Assembly: GCA_947628805.1 (NCBI GenBank)
Contig: CANRBG010000002.1
Coordinates: forward strand, 11,769-75,768
Reading direction: 5' to 3'
DNA from: an uncultured Oscillospiraceae bacterium
GTDB lineage: Bacteria; Bacillota; Clostridia; Oscillospirales; Oscillospiraceae
DNA length: 64,000 bases
A model generated the notes under the pieces. The model ran no database searches and was not told the DNA's origin. It saw nothing but the letters and a program-made list of their open reading frames with translations. Shown in pieces: positions 45,738 through 56,198 of the stretch. Position 1 is the first letter of the stretch, and the number at the start of each line of letters is the position of its first letter. The position numbers and the translations under genes are program-made.

Positions 45738-46154
45738 GTGACAGGAGAATACCAGCATTCTCTCGACGCGAAAGGGCGTCTGTTTATCCCGGCAAGACTG
45801 CGCGACGAGTTGGGCGCAGAATTTTTTGTGACGCTGTCCATGGATCACTGCCTTTGCGCCTACAGCGCGGAGCAGTGGCAGATCTTCTCGGATAAGGTCA
45901 ACGCCATGCCTTACGTGAAGCAGCGGGCCATGCGCCCGCTTTACGCCTTTGCCTGCAAGTGCGAGCTGGACGCCCAGGGGCGCATCCTGCTGCCGCTGAA
46001 CCTGCGGGAGCGGGCGGGGCTTACTAAAAATGTTACGGTCCTTGGCTCCAATAACCATGCGGAGTTCTGGGACAGCGAGGAGTGGGCCGCCATGCGCGAC
46101 GCCGAGGCGTCGCCGGAGAACATCGCGGCTGTCATGACGGAATTTGACTTCTGA
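45738..46154 (+). CDS. mraZ: Transcriptional regulator MraZ
   Basis: GEYQHSLDAKGRLFIPARLR and a second SpoVT/AbrB-like repeat (CELDAQGRILLPLNLR). Start is GTG at 45738 (RBS GGAGGTGAG) or GTG at 45729. Confidence 0.9.
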   Translation: MTGEYQHSLDAKGRLFIPARLRDELGAEFFVTLSMDHCLCAYSAEQWQIFSDKVNAMPYVKQRAMRPLYAFACKCELDAQGRILLPLNLRERAGLTKNVTVLGSNNHAEFWDSEEWAAMRDAEASPENIAAVMTEFDF

Positions 46155-47080
46155 TGCGGCACAAGAGCGTATTGCTCCAGGAGTGCGTGCGCTACCTGGA
46201 TATCGACCCCGCGGGGATATATGTGGACGGCACCCTGGGTATGGGCGGCCACGCGGAAGCGGTGCTGGAAAAGCTGGGCGGCGGCATGCTGATAGGCATC
46301 GACCGGGACGACCGGGCCCTGGCTTTCGCCCGGGAGCGGCTTGCCCGCTTTGGCGGCAAGGCAAGGCTCGTAAAGGGCAGCTTCGGTGACCTGGGACAGA
46401 TACTGGACAGCCTGGGCATCGGCAAGGTGAACGGGATGCTCTTCGATCTGGGCGTATCCTCGCCCCAACTGGACGATAAGGCCCGGGGCTTTTCTTACAT
46501 GCAGGACGCCCCGCTGGATATGCGGATGGACGAGACCGCGCCTTTAACGGCAAGAGATGTGCTGAACACCTATTCCGAGGCGGAGCTGCGAAGCATCTTC
46601 TGGCGGTACGGCGAGGAACGGTACGCCGGCCGCATCGCCGCCGCGGTGGTAGCCGCCCGGGAGAGCGTGCCGGTGGAGACGACCGGCCAATTCGTGGACA
46701 TCATCCGCTCCACCATGCCGGCCGCCGCCCTGCGGGAGAAGCAGCACCCGGCCAAGCGGTGCTTTCAGGCGGTCCGCATCGAGGTGAATGACGAGCTGGG
46801 CCAGCTGGAGCGGATGCTGGACCAGGCGCCGGACCGGCTGGAGACCGGGGGGAGGCTTCTCGTCATCAGCTTCCACTCGCTGGAGGACCGGCTGGTGAAA
46901 GAGGCCATCCGCAAACGTGAGAACGGCTGCACCTGTCCGCCGGATTTCCCGGTGTGCACCTGCGGCTTTGTAAAGACTCTCAAAAGCGTCACCAGAAAGC
47001 CGGTGGTCCCCGACGGGGAGGAGCTGGCGAGAAATCCGCGGGCCAGAAGCGCCCGCCTGCGTATAGCGGAGAGGGTATAA
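46154..47080 (+). CDS. rsmH: 16S rRNA (cytosine1402-N4)-methyltransferase
   Basis: HKSVLLQE..., DGTLGMGGH, DLGVSSPQLD motifs. Confidence 0.95.
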   Translation: MRHKSVLLQECVRYLDIDPAGIYVDGTLGMGGHAEAVLEKLGGGMLIGIDRDDRALAFARERLARFGGKARLVKGSFGDLGQILDSLGIGKVNGMLFDLGVSSPQLDDKARGFSYMQDAPLDMRMDETAPLTARDVLNTYSEAELRSIFWRYGEERYAGRIAAAVVAARESVPVETTGQFVDIIRSTMPAAALREKQHPAKRCFQAVRIEVNDELGQLERMLDQAPDRLETGGRLLVISFHSLEDRLVKEAIRKRENGCTCPPDFPVCTCGFVKTLKSVTRKPVVPDGEELARNPRARSARLRIAERV

Positions 47081-47083
47081 GTC

Positions 47084-47671
47084 ATGGAAGACGTCAGAAC
47101 ATTCAAATCCTATAACTTCGTCACCGGCGCCGTGGACGGCACCATGGCCTACGATTTCAGCAATCCGGGCCTGTACACGGACGAGGAGCTCTATGGCGAG
47201 CCCCTGGAAAAGCCCAGCCGCCGGGAGCGGGAAGCCCAGCAGGACTGGATCAAGGAGGACACGCGCCCCGACATCCGACAGGTGGTGCTGACCAAAAACC
47301 ACCAGGGCCTGTCGCTGCTGTCCATGCTGGGCGCGGCGGTGGCCGTGGTACTGCTGACTATGATGCTGCTGGCCCAGATCCGGCTCACCGACATTTCCGA
47401 TACCGCCGCCCGGCTGGAGGATCAGATCTCCGCGCTGGAGCTGGAGCGGGACAAGCTGACCGTGGAGTACGAGACAATCTTCAATCTGAAGGACGTGGAG
47501 CAATACGCCGTGGATGTGCTGGGCATGCAGGAGCCCGACAATCAGCAGGTATTTTACCTGACGGGCGTGGCCTCCGCCGACAAGGCCGTCGTCATAGAAA
47601 AGGACGACGCGGATATGTTCTCGCTGGGCGTCGCGGACCTGCTTTCCTCGGTCAAGGCATATTTCAGTTGA
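47084..47671 (+). CDS. ftsL: Cell division protein FtsL-like, with extended N-terminal region
   Basis: Position in the dcw cluster; single TM (LSLLSMLGAAVAVVLLTMMLLAQI) followed by a coiled coil (LEDQISALELERDKLTVEYE). 195 aa. Confidence 0.7.
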   Translation: MEDVRTFKSYNFVTGAVDGTMAYDFSNPGLYTDEELYGEPLEKPSRREREAQQDWIKEDTRPDIRQVVLTKNHQGLSLLSMLGAAVAVVLLTMMLLAQIRLTDISDTAARLEDQISALELERDKLTVEYETIFNLKDVEQYAVDVLGMQEPDNQQVFYLTGVASADKAVVIEKDDADMFSLGVADLLSSVKAYFS

Positions 47672-47731
47672 CAAGGGTATTATACTGGTATTGATGGCAG
47701 ACGATACCGCTCTACCCGAAGGAGAAGCCCT

Positions 47732-50029
47732 ATGTTCAACAAACGCCGGGAGACCGCTCAGCCCGATAGTCAAAATTCGATGCTGCTCCGCCGCACACTG
47801 TTTCTCATGATAGTGTGCGGCATAGTTGCATTTATACTTCTGGGTGCGCGGCTGTTCAAGCTGCAGATCCTGGACCACGACATGTATGAGTCGGCGGCGG
47901 TGGAGCAGCAGCTCCGGCAGACAGCGGTCCCCGCCAAGCGGGGCACCATCTATGACCGGAACATGAACATACTGGCCATGAGCGCGTCGGTGAGCAATAT
48001 CTACATAAGCCCCGCGGAGATCGTCATGTACGACGAGGACCCCGCCATGATCGCCAGCGGCCTTTCCTCCATCCTGGGCATCGATTATTACGAGATCCTG
48101 GAAAAGACCACCCACACCGAGAGCTGGTATTCCACCGTGGCCCGGAAGGTGGAGGACGACGTGGCCGACAAGGTCCGGGCCTTCAAGGAGGAAAACGACC
48201 TGCTGGGCGTGAAGATCGAGGAGGCCAGCAAGCGGTATTATCCCTACGGCAGCCTTGCCTGCCATGTAGTGGGTTTCGTGGGCTCCGACGATCACGGCCT
48301 GTCCGGCTTGGAATACTATTACGACGATCTGCTGTCCGGGGTGGACGGGCGCATCGTCCGGGCCACCAACGCCTACGGCACGGACATGATGTTCACCGAT
48401 TTTGAGGACTACTACGACGCCGAGGACGGCAAGAGCGTGGTGCTGACCATCGACGAGACTGTCCAGTACTATCTGGAGAACCACCTGCAGACCGCCGCGG
48501 AGCAGTACGACCTGCAGGACGGCGCGGCGGGCATCGTTATGGACGTGAAGACCGGCGGCGTGCTGGCTATGGCGTCTTTGGACGGGTTCGATCTGAACGA
48601 CTACCTGACCATCAGCGAGGCAGCCCAGGAGCGGGTCGATAAGGCCGACGTCCACTCCGAGGAGGAGCGCAATACCCTCATCGAGGCCGAGCGGCAGGAG
48701 CAGTGGCGCAATAAGGCCCTGTCCGATACCTACGAGCCCGGCTCCGTTTTCAAGATCATCACCCTGGCCGCGGGCCTGGAGAGCGGCGCGCTGAAGATGA
48801 ATTCCACGTTCTACTGCGGCGGAAGCATCGACGTGCTGGGCCGTACCGACCCGCTGAACTGCTCCAACATCTACGGCCATGGCAACCAGACCCTGGAGGA
48901 GGCTGCCATGAACTCCTGCAACGTGGCCTTCGTGACCATCGGCCAGTGGATCGGCGCGGAGCGGTTTTATGACTTCATCCACGCCTTTGGCCTCTTTGAA
49001 AAGACCGGGCTGGATCTGACCGGTGAATCGGACAGCCTCTGGTGGACGGAGGACGTGTTCTTCAACAAGGGTAACCTGTCCCAGCTGGCGGCCGCCTCCT
49101 TCGGCCAGACCTTTACCATCACCCCCATGCAGCTGATCACGGCGGTGAGCGCGGTGACCAACGGCGGGTATCTGCTGGAGCCCTATCTGGTCAAGGAGGT
49201 CATCAACGCCGACGGCACCGTGGCCAGCCAGCGGGAACCCAAGGTGATCCGGCAGGTGATCAGCGAGCAGACCAGCAAACAGTGCTGCCAGATCCTGGAG
49301 AGCGTCGTGGGCAAGCCCAACGGCACCGGCGTCAACGCCTACGTGCCCGGCTACCGGGTGGCCGGCAAGACCGGTACCTCCGAGGACGTGGTCTATGAGG
49401 CCATCCACGGGGAGAAAAAGTACATCTGCTCCTTCCTGGGCTTCGCCCCGGCGGACGATCCCCAGGTGGCGGTGCTGGTGCTGCTGGAAAACCCCGGCCC
49501 GGACAGCATCGTGGTGGCCAGCGGCGCCCAGATGGCCGCGCCCACCGTGGGCGCGGTGCTGCGGGACGTGCTGCCCTACCTGGGCGTGGAGCCGGAGTAT
49601 GGCGAGGGCGAGGAGGCCCTGGTGGACCAGCGGGTGCCCCGGCTGGTGGGCAAGACCCCCGAGGAAGCCCAGGAGCTTCTGGAAGAAGCGGGCTTTACTC
49701 TCAAGGAAACCGTGGGCTCCGGCGCGGCGGTCACGGCCCAGATGCCGGCTCCCAACGCCAAGGTGGCGGCCGGCAGCGAGGTGGTGCTGTACTGCGGCGA
49801 GCAGCCCAGTACCGAGCCCATCGCCGTGCCCGATCTGCTGGGACTCAGCTACGAGGTGGCCCGGGTCCGGGCCGGGATGTACGGCCTGTACGTCCGGGGC
49901 GAGGGCACCATGATGGAGAGCGACTATATCCTGACGGTGGACCAGAGCGAAGAGGAGGGGACCATGGTGGCCCCCGGTACGGTGATCACCGTCACGCTCA
50001 GCGACTGGACGAAAACGGGGATATTCTGA
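47732..50029 (+). CDS. Class B penicillin-binding protein (FtsI/PBP2B/SpoVD type) with two PASTA domains
   Basis: PBP dimerisation domain, transpeptidase motifs (SVFK, SCN, KTGT), and two C-terminal PASTA-like repeats. Confidence 0.9.
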   Translation: MFNKRRETAQPDSQNSMLLRRTLFLMIVCGIVAFILLGARLFKLQILDHDMYESAAVEQQLRQTAVPAKRGTIYDRNMNILAMSASVSNIYISPAEIVMYDEDPAMIASGLSSILGIDYYEILEKTTHTESWYSTVARKVEDDVADKVRAFKEENDLLGVKIEEASKRYYPYGSLACHVVGFVGSDDHGLSGLEYYYDDLLSGVDGRIVRATNAYGTDMMFTDFEDYYDAEDGKSVVLTIDETVQYYLENHLQTAAEQYDLQDGAAGIVMDVKTGGVLAMASLDGFDLNDYLTISEAAQERVDKADVHSEEERNTLIEAERQEQWRNKALSDTYEPGSVFKIITLAAGLESGALKMNSTFYCGGSIDVLGRTDPLNCSNIYGHGNQTLEEAAMNSCNVAFVTIGQWIGAERFYDFIHAFGLFEKTGLDLTGESDSLWWTEDVFFNKGNLSQLAAASFGQTFTITPMQLITAVSAVTNGGYLLEPYLVKEVINADGTVASQREPKVIRQVISEQTSKQCCQILESVVGKPNGTGVNAYVPGYRVAGKTGTSEDVVYEAIHGEKKYICSFLGFAPADDPQVAVLVLLENPGPDSIVVASGAQMAAPTVGAVLRDVLPYLGVEPEYGEGEEALVDQRVPRLVGKTPEEAQELLEEAGFTLKETVGSGAAVTAQMPAPNAKVAAGSEVVLYCGEQPSTEPIAVPDLLGLSYEVARVRAGMYGLYVRGEGTMMESDYILTVDQSEEEGTMVAPGTVITVTLSDWTKTGIF

Positions 50030-50030
50030 T

Positions 50031-51482
50031 ATGAAGTTGAAAGAATTGTTGACGGACGTGTCCGTGACCGCCATGCGGGCGGACCCGGATACGGAGATAC
50101 GGGATATATGCTACGACTCCCGGGCGGTGCGGCCAGGTGATCTGTTCGTGGCGGTGGAGGGCTTTCAGAGCGACGGCCACCGGTTCATACCCATGGCGTT
50201 GGAAAAGGGCGCGGCGGCGGTGCTGTGCCAGCACGCGCCGGCGGACGACGGGCCCTATATCATCACGGACGACAGTCGGAAGGCTTTGGCGCTGGTATCC
50301 GGCGCGTATTTCGGCCATCCGGCGGAGAGAATGACCATGGTGGGCGTCACCGGCACCAACGGCAAGACCACCGTCACGCTGCTGATAAAGCACATATTGG
50401 AGGACGTGCTGGGGGCCAAGGTGGGCCTGGTGGGCACCATCTCCAACTGGATCGGGGATGAGCAGCTCCAAACCGAGCGGACCACTCCCGAGTCCTACGA
50501 TCTGCAAAAGCTGTTCGCCCGGATGGCGGCGGCCGGCTGCACCCACGCGGTGATGGAGGTGTCCTCCCACGCGCTGGCCCTGGACCGGGTGGCGGGGGTC
50601 CGCTTCGACGCGGCGCTGTTCACCAACCTGACCCAGGACCACCTGGATTTTCACAAGACCATGGAAAATTACGCCGGGGCCAAGGCCATGCTCTTTTCCC
50701 GGTGTGAGAAAGCGGCGGTCAACGCGGACGACCCCTGGGGGACGTTCATGCTGGAGCGGTCGACCTGCCCGGCGGAGACCTTTTCCGCTGCCGGCAGAAA
50801 GGCCGATCTGTGGGCGGAGGACGTGACCCTCTCCGCCGGGGCGGTGGACTTTACGGCCTGTGCCGGCGGCGAGCGTGCGCCGGTGCATCTGGCTATCCCC
50901 GGGTCCTTTTCCGTCTCAAACGGCCTGGCGGCCATGGCCGCCGGGCGGATGCTGGGACTGAGCCTGGCCGACTGCGCCGCCTCCCTGGGCCGGGCCGTCG
51001 GCGTAAAGGGCAGGGTGGAGGTGGTCCCCACGCCGGATGACTTCACCGTGATCATCGACTACGCCCACACCCCCGACGCCCTGGAAAAGGTCCTGAAGAC
51101 CATGAAGGAGGCGGCCGACGGACGTGTGGTGGCCCTTTTCGGCTGTGGGGGCGACCGGGACCGGACCAAGCGGCCGCTCATGGGGGCCATCGCCGCCCGG
51201 ACGGCGGACTTTTGCGTGGTCACCAGCGACAATCCCCGCTCCGAGGACCCAGAGGTCATCATCGGGGATATCTTGGCGGGCATGCCCCCGGAGGCGCCGA
51301 TGAAGGTGATCTCCGACCGCCCGGCGGCCATCCGCTGGGCTATCGACAACCACTTGCCGGGAGACGTGATCGTCCTGGCCGGCAAGGGCCACGAGACCTA
51401 TCAGGAGGTCAATGGCGTCAAGCGCCATATGGACGAGCGGGAGATCGTGGCGGAACACCTTCGCGGGAGTGACAGACGATGA
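50031..51482 (+). CDS. murE: UDP-N-acetylmuramoyl-L-alanyl-D-glutamate--2,6-diaminopimelate ligase
   Basis: GVTGTNGKTT P-loop and the DNPR motif (VVTSDNPRSEDP) associated with meso-DAP specificity. Confidence 0.9.
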   Translation: MKLKELLTDVSVTAMRADPDTEIRDICYDSRAVRPGDLFVAVEGFQSDGHRFIPMALEKGAAAVLCQHAPADDGPYIITDDSRKALALVSGAYFGHPAERMTMVGVTGTNGKTTVTLLIKHILEDVLGAKVGLVGTISNWIGDEQLQTERTTPESYDLQKLFARMAAAGCTHAVMEVSSHALALDRVAGVRFDAALFTNLTQDHLDFHKTMENYAGAKAMLFSRCEKAAVNADDPWGTFMLERSTCPAETFSAAGRKADLWAEDVTLSAGAVDFTACAGGERAPVHLAIPGSFSVSNGLAAMAAGRMLGLSLADCAASLGRAVGVKGRVEVVPTPDDFTVIIDYAHTPDALEKVLKTMKEAADGRVVALFGCGGDRDRTKRPLMGAIAARTADFCVVTSDNPRSEDPEVIIGDILAGMPPEAPMKVISDRPAAIRWAIDNHLPGDVIVLAGKGHETYQEVNGVKRHMDEREIVAEHLRGSDRR

Positions 51483-52495
51483 GTATGACGATGCGGTTGA
51501 TCCTGAGCTTTATCACGGCCTTTATCGTGGCCGTGCTGATCGGACATGTATACGTGCCCTGGCTGCGGAAGATCAAGGCCGGCCAGGAGATCAAGGAGAT
51601 TGGCCCCAACTGGCACAAGTCCAAGGCGGGCACCCCCACCATGGGGGGCGTGATCTTCATCGCGGCGGTGACGGTGGTGACGCTGTCGTTCGGCCTCACC
51701 TCCATCCGGGACGGGGAGCTGGGGGCGCTGTTCGTGCTGCTGTTTTCGCTGTTTTACGGGGGCATCGGCTTTCTGGACGACTTTGAGAAGCTGAAAAAGA
51801 AGCAGAATCTGGGTCTGTCCGCCAAGGCAAAGTTCATCTTGCAGCTGGCGGTGGCGGTGGCGCTGCTGTACCTGCTGCGGCTGGAGGGGTATCTGATCCC
51901 GGCGCTGTACGTGCCGTTCTGGCACGTGACGGTGCATGTGCCGGAGTGGTTTTACTTCGTGCTGTGCGCGTTCATCGTGGTGGGCACGGTGAACGCGGTG
52001 AACATCACCGACGGGCTGGACGGTCTGGCCGCCAGCGTATCGGTGCCCGTGTTCGTGTGCTATAGCGCCCTGGCCTTCGCCTGGGGCAGCCGGTTCAGCT
52101 CCCTGGGTGTGTTCTCCGCGGGGCTCACAGGCGGCCTTTTCGGATTTCTCGTGTACAACTTCTATCCCGCCAAGTGCTTCATGGGGGACACGGGCAGCCT
52201 GTTCCTGGGCGGGGCCGTGTGCGGCATGGCTTTCGCGCTGGATATGCCCCTGATGCTGGTGCCGCTGTGCGTGGTGTTCATCTTCGAGACCCTCAGCGAC
52301 ATCATCCAGGTGACGTATTTCAAGCTCTCCCACGGCAAGAGGATATTCAAGATGGCCCCGTTCCACCACCATCTGGAGATGGGCGGCTGGACGGGCCATA
52401 AGTGGACGGAAGTGCAGATCGTAGCACTGTTTTCCTTTATCTCCCTGCTGGGGGCCATCGCGGCGTTTTTCTCCAGCGTGGGACGGTATGTGTGA
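51479..52495 (+). CDS. mraY: Phospho-N-acetylmuramoyl-pentapeptide transferase
   Basis: KxGTPTMGG, NAVNITDGLDGLA, and FMGDTGSL motifs. ATGA overlap with murE. Confidence 0.95.
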   Translation: MSMTMRLILSFITAFIVAVLIGHVYVPWLRKIKAGQEIKEIGPNWHKSKAGTPTMGGVIFIAAVTVVTLSFGLTSIRDGELGALFVLLFSLFYGGIGFLDDFEKLKKKQNLGLSAKAKFILQLAVAVALLYLLRLEGYLIPALYVPFWHVTVHVPEWFYFVLCAFIVVGTVNAVNITDGLDGLAASVSVPVFVCYSALAFAWGSRFSSLGVFSAGLTGGLFGFLVYNFYPAKCFMGDTGSLFLGGAVCGMAFALDMPLMLVPLCVVFIFETLSDIIQVTYFKLSHGKRIFKMAPFHHHLEMGGWTGHKWTEVQIVALFSFISLLGAIAAFFSSVGRYV

Positions 52496-52521
52496 AAAGC
52501 TTTTGACAGGAGGTAGCGAAC

Positions 52522-53709
52522 GTGGCGGCTAAGGTCGACAACGCCGGAACATACGATAACGCCCGCCTGGCGGACTATACCTATGACAACTCCATCGAGC
52601 GAGGCTCCGTGGACGTGCCCTTCGCCATGCTCACGCTGCTGCTGCTGGTGGTGGGCGTGATCATGGTGCTGTCGGCCAGCTTTGCACGGGCCTATTACGA
52701 TCCGTCCAATACCACCGGCGGCAACGCCACCTATTACTTCGTGCGGCAGGCCCTGTTCGCCCTGTGCGGCGTGGGCGTGATGTTTGTCTGTTCCCGGTTC
52801 CCCATGAGCTTTTACCGGCACATCTCCGGCATCGTGATGATGGTGGCCCTGGCGCTGCTGGTGCTGGTGCTGGTGCCCGGCATCGGCGAGAAGGCAAACA
52901 ACGCCCGACGGTGGATCAACCTGGGCTTTACCACGTTCCAGCCGTCGGAGATCGCCAAGGTGGGCGTCATCATGTTCTTCGCCGTGCTGATCTGCAAGTA
53001 TAAGGACAAGATGTCCACGCCCCGGTACGGCATCGTACCCTTCGCGGCGGTGATCGGCATCGTGTGCCTGCTGCTGGTGATGGAGCCCCATATGTCCGCC
53101 ATCATCATCATCCTTGCTATCGCGCTGGTGATGCTGTTTCTGGGGGGGCTGCCCCTGTACTGGTTCATCGGCGGCGGCACATTGGGCGCGGCGCTGCTTG
53201 GTATCGGTTACGCGCTGTTCCCTTACGTGCGGGCCCGGTTCACCGCCTGGCTCAACCCCTTTGCAGACGCCTCCGACGCGGGCTATCAGATCGTGCAGAG
53301 CCTGTATTCTATCGGCTCCGGCGGCCTGCTGGGGCTGGGCCTCGGCAACTCGCGGCAGAAGTATCTGTACCTGCCGGAGGAGCACAACGACTTCATCTTT
53401 TCCGTGGTCTGCGAGGAGCTGGGCTTCATCGGGGCCATGCTGATACTGGCCCTGTTCGCGCTGCTGATCATCCGGGGCTACTGGCTGAGCATGCATGTGC
53501 GGGACCGGTACAGCGCCCTGGTGGGCGCGGGCATCACCACCCACCTGGCCATGCAGGTCATTTTGAACGTGGCGGTGTGCACCAACTCCATCCCCTGCAC
53601 CGGCATATCCCTGCCGCTGTTCAGCTACGGAGGCACGGCGCTGCTATTGCAGATGGCGGAGCTGGGGATCATTTTGTCCCTATCACGAGATATACCGGAG
53701 AAGCGATAG
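52522..53709 (+). CDS. ftsW: SEDS-family peptidoglycan glycosyltransferase (FtsW/SpoVE type)
   Basis: 10-TM SEDS protein (QPSEIAK, PEEHNDFIFS, GISLPLFSYGG). GTG start follows AGGAGG. Confidence 0.9.
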   Translation: MAAKVDNAGTYDNARLADYTYDNSIERGSVDVPFAMLTLLLLVVGVIMVLSASFARAYYDPSNTTGGNATYYFVRQALFALCGVGVMFVCSRFPMSFYRHISGIVMMVALALLVLVLVPGIGEKANNARRWINLGFTTFQPSEIAKVGVIMFFAVLICKYKDKMSTPRYGIVPFAAVIGIVCLLLVMEPHMSAIIIILAIALVMLFLGGLPLYWFIGGGTLGAALLGIGYALFPYVRARFTAWLNPFADASDAGYQIVQSLYSIGSGGLLGLGLGNSRQKYLYLPEEHNDFIFSVVCEELGFIGAMLILALFALLIIRGYWLSMHVRDRYSALVGAGITTHLAMQVILNVAVCTNSIPCTGISLPLFSYGGTALLLQMAELGIILSLSRDIPEKR

Positions 53710-53710
53710 T

Positions 53711-54841
53711 ATGAGAGTATTGTTTACCTGCGGCGGCACCGCCGGTCACATCAACCCGGCCCTGGGGGTGGCGGGCCGCATCCGGCAGCTGGTCCCCGAG
53801 GCGGAATTTCTGTTCGTTGGGGCGGAGGGACACATGGAGACGGAGCTGGTCCCCCGGGAGGGGTATCCCATCAAAACCGTGCGCATCTCCGGCTTCCGGC
53901 GGAGCGTGAAGCCCAAGATGATCGCCCAGAACGTCCGGGCCGTGGGCCGGGTGTTTTCCTCCTGCCGGCTGGCGAAGAAGTATATCCGGGAATTTCAGCC
54001 CGACGTGGCCGTGGGCACCGGCGGGTATGTGTGCTTCCCGGTGCTGAAGATGGCGGCGGATATGGGCGTCCCCACGGCGGTGCACGAGTCCAACGCCGTG
54101 CCAGGGCTCACCACAAAGCTTTTGGAAAAGACCGTGGACCAGATCATGGTGGGGCTGGCCGACAGCCGGGATTTTTACAAAAACCCCGCCAAGGTGGAGG
54201 TCACCGGCACCCCGGTCCGGGTGGATTTCAAGGGCCTGGATAAGGCCAAAGCCCGCAGGGAGCTGGGTCTTGACCCGGAGCAGCCTCTGGTACTGGCCGT
54301 GTTCGGCTCCCTGGGCGCGGACTATATGAACGAGACCATGCAGGGCTTTATCCGCCGGATGGGAGATCAGGGCGGCATGCGCCTTATATACGCCACCGGC
54401 AAGCGGTATTACGAGGCCGTGCGGCAAAGGCTGGACCAGGCGGGACTGAAAAACCCCGGCGTGGACGTGCGGGAGTATATCTACAATATGCCCAAGGTCA
54501 TGGCCGCGGCGGATGTGATCATCTGCCGCAGCGGCGCCTCCACCATCAGCGAGCTGACCTATCTGGGCAAGCCCGCCGTCATGGTGCCCAGCCCCAACGT
54601 GGTCAACCACCATCAGGAAAAGAACGCCCGAGTCATGGAGAAGGCCGGCGCCGCCAAAATGCTGCTGGAGGGCCAGTTCGACGCGGATAAGCTCTATGAA
54701 ACGGTAACGGGCCTTTTGCGGGATAAGGCCGCCCTGGCCGCCATGCATGAGGCGTCCCTGGGCCTGGGCGTCAGCGACGCCACAGACCGGATCGCCTCCA
54801 TCGTGCTGGGACTGGCGGAAGGGGGAAGCGACAAAGGGTGA
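53711..54841 (+). CDS. murG: UDP-N-acetylglucosamine--N-acetylmuramyl-(pentapeptide) pyrophosphoryl-undecaprenol GlcNAc transferase
   Basis: GGTAGHINPAL N-terminus; GT28 C-terminal domain (CRSGASTISEL). Confidence 0.95.
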   Translation: MRVLFTCGGTAGHINPALGVAGRIRQLVPEAEFLFVGAEGHMETELVPREGYPIKTVRISGFRRSVKPKMIAQNVRAVGRVFSSCRLAKKYIREFQPDVAVGTGGYVCFPVLKMAADMGVPTAVHESNAVPGLTTKLLEKTVDQIMVGLADSRDFYKNPAKVEVTGTPVRVDFKGLDKAKARRELGLDPEQPLVLAVFGSLGADYMNETMQGFIRRMGDQGGMRLIYATGKRYYEAVRQRLDQAGLKNPGVDVREYIYNMPKVMAAADVIICRSGASTISELTYLGKPAVMVPSPNVVNHHQEKNARVMEKAGAAKMLLEGQFDADKLYETVTGLLRDKAALAAMHEASLGLGVSDATDRIASIVLGLAEGGSDKG

Positions 54842-54932
54842 CGGAACGCCCCTTTGCGAAGGCCGTAACAAAAACCGTCCCCGCGCATAGTATGTGGTGA
54901 TCATTTTCTACATACTGGCCGGAGGGCGGATC

Positions 54933-56186
54933 ATGAGCATATGGCGCGTGCAGGGCGGATATCCTCTGGAGGGGAGCCTGACCATCCAGGGCGCGAAAAA
55001 CGCCGTGCTGCCGGTATTGGCGGCGACGATACTTACGGGCTGTGAGACGGAACTGACCAACGTGCCCGCGCTGCGGGACGTGGAGGCGTCGCTGGACATC
55101 CTGCGCAGTTTAGGCTGCGCGGCCGACCGGCGGGGGGACGTGGTGAACATCGACTCCCGGGACCTGACCGGCTGCCGGATCGGCAGGGATCTGACCGGAC
55201 GGATGCGCTCGTCCATCATCTTTCTGGGAGCTGTGCTGGCTCGCTGCGGCCAGGCGCGTATCGCCATGCCCGGCGGCTGTGAGCTGGGGCCCAGGCCGGT
55301 GGACCTGCATCTGGCGGCCATGGAGGCCCTGGGGGCGGAGGTGTCAGTGGAGCGGGACGAGATCGTCTGCCGGGCGGACGGCCTCACCGGCGGACCGGTC
55401 CGGCTGGACCTGCCCAGCGTGGGGGCAACGGAAAACGCCATGATCGCGGCCTGCGCCGCGAAAGGCGAGAGCGTCATAACCGGCGCGGCGAGAGAGCCGG
55501 AGATCGTGGAGCTGCAGGGTTTTTTGCGGGCTCTTGGCGCCGATATGGAGGGCGCGGGAACGCCCGTTATCACGGTCAGGGGCATGCGGCCCGTCCGGCG
55601 TGTGGGCTGGCGGGTCATGCCGGACCGGATCGTGGCGGCAACCGTGCTGTGCGCCTGTGCCTGCGCTGGCGGCGACGTAGAGCTGCGGGGCCTGGACCCG
55701 GCTCATGTGCAGAGCGTATCGGACCAGCTGGCGGCCATGGGTGCCCGGCTGGACGCCGGCGCGCGCTGGCTTCGCATCCGCTGTCAGGGCCGGCTCCGGG
55801 GCGGCCGGACCATCGTGACGGAGCCCTATCCGGGCTTTCCCACCGACGCCCAGCCGCTGATGATGGCGGCCAGCCTGAAGGCCGCGGGACAGACGGTATT
55901 CGAGGAAAACATATTCGAGCACCGTTACCGCCAGGCCGTGCAGCTGGCCCGCATGGGCGCGGATATCCGCCTGGAGGGCCGCCGGGCCGTCATTACCGGC
56001 GTGGAGCGGCTTTATGGGACCCGGGTGGAGGCGGAGGACCTGCGGGGCGGGGCCGCGCTGATCATAGCCGGTCTCGGCGCGGAGGGCCAGACAGACCTGC
56101 TGGACCGGGGCCATGTGGCCCGGGGCTACGAGAGATTCGACAGGGCGCTGAATGCCCTTGGCGCACATATTGAGATAACCGATTGA
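54933..56186 (+). CDS. murA: UDP-N-acetylglucosamine 1-carboxyvinyltransferase
   Basis: WRVQGGYPLEGSLTIQGAKNAVLPVLAA; active-site loop MPGGCELGPRPVDLH with Cys present. Confidence 0.9.
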   Translation: MSIWRVQGGYPLEGSLTIQGAKNAVLPVLAATILTGCETELTNVPALRDVEASLDILRSLGCAADRRGDVVNIDSRDLTGCRIGRDLTGRMRSSIIFLGAVLARCGQARIAMPGGCELGPRPVDLHLAAMEALGAEVSVERDEIVCRADGLTGGPVRLDLPSVGATENAMIAACAAKGESVITGAAREPEIVELQGFLRALGADMEGAGTPVITVRGMRPVRRVGWRVMPDRIVAATVLCACACAGGDVELRGLDPAHVQSVSDQLAAMGARLDAGARWLRIRCQGRLRGGRTIVTEPYPGFPTDAQPLMMAASLKAAGQTVFEENIFEHRYRQAVQLARMGADIRLEGRRAVITGVERLYGTRVEAEDLRGGAALIIAGLGAEGQTDLLDRGHVARGYERFDRALNALGAHIEITD

Positions 56187-56198
56187 GAGGTACTGAAA

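Noticed and set aside
46544-50074. 1,176-aa ORF on the minus strand
   Set aside because: It is antisense to rsmH, ftsL and the PBP gene at once. The translation is Arg/Gly/His/Pro/Ala-rich low complexity with no motifs. Long stop-free antisense frames are expected when the sense strand has strong GC3 bias.
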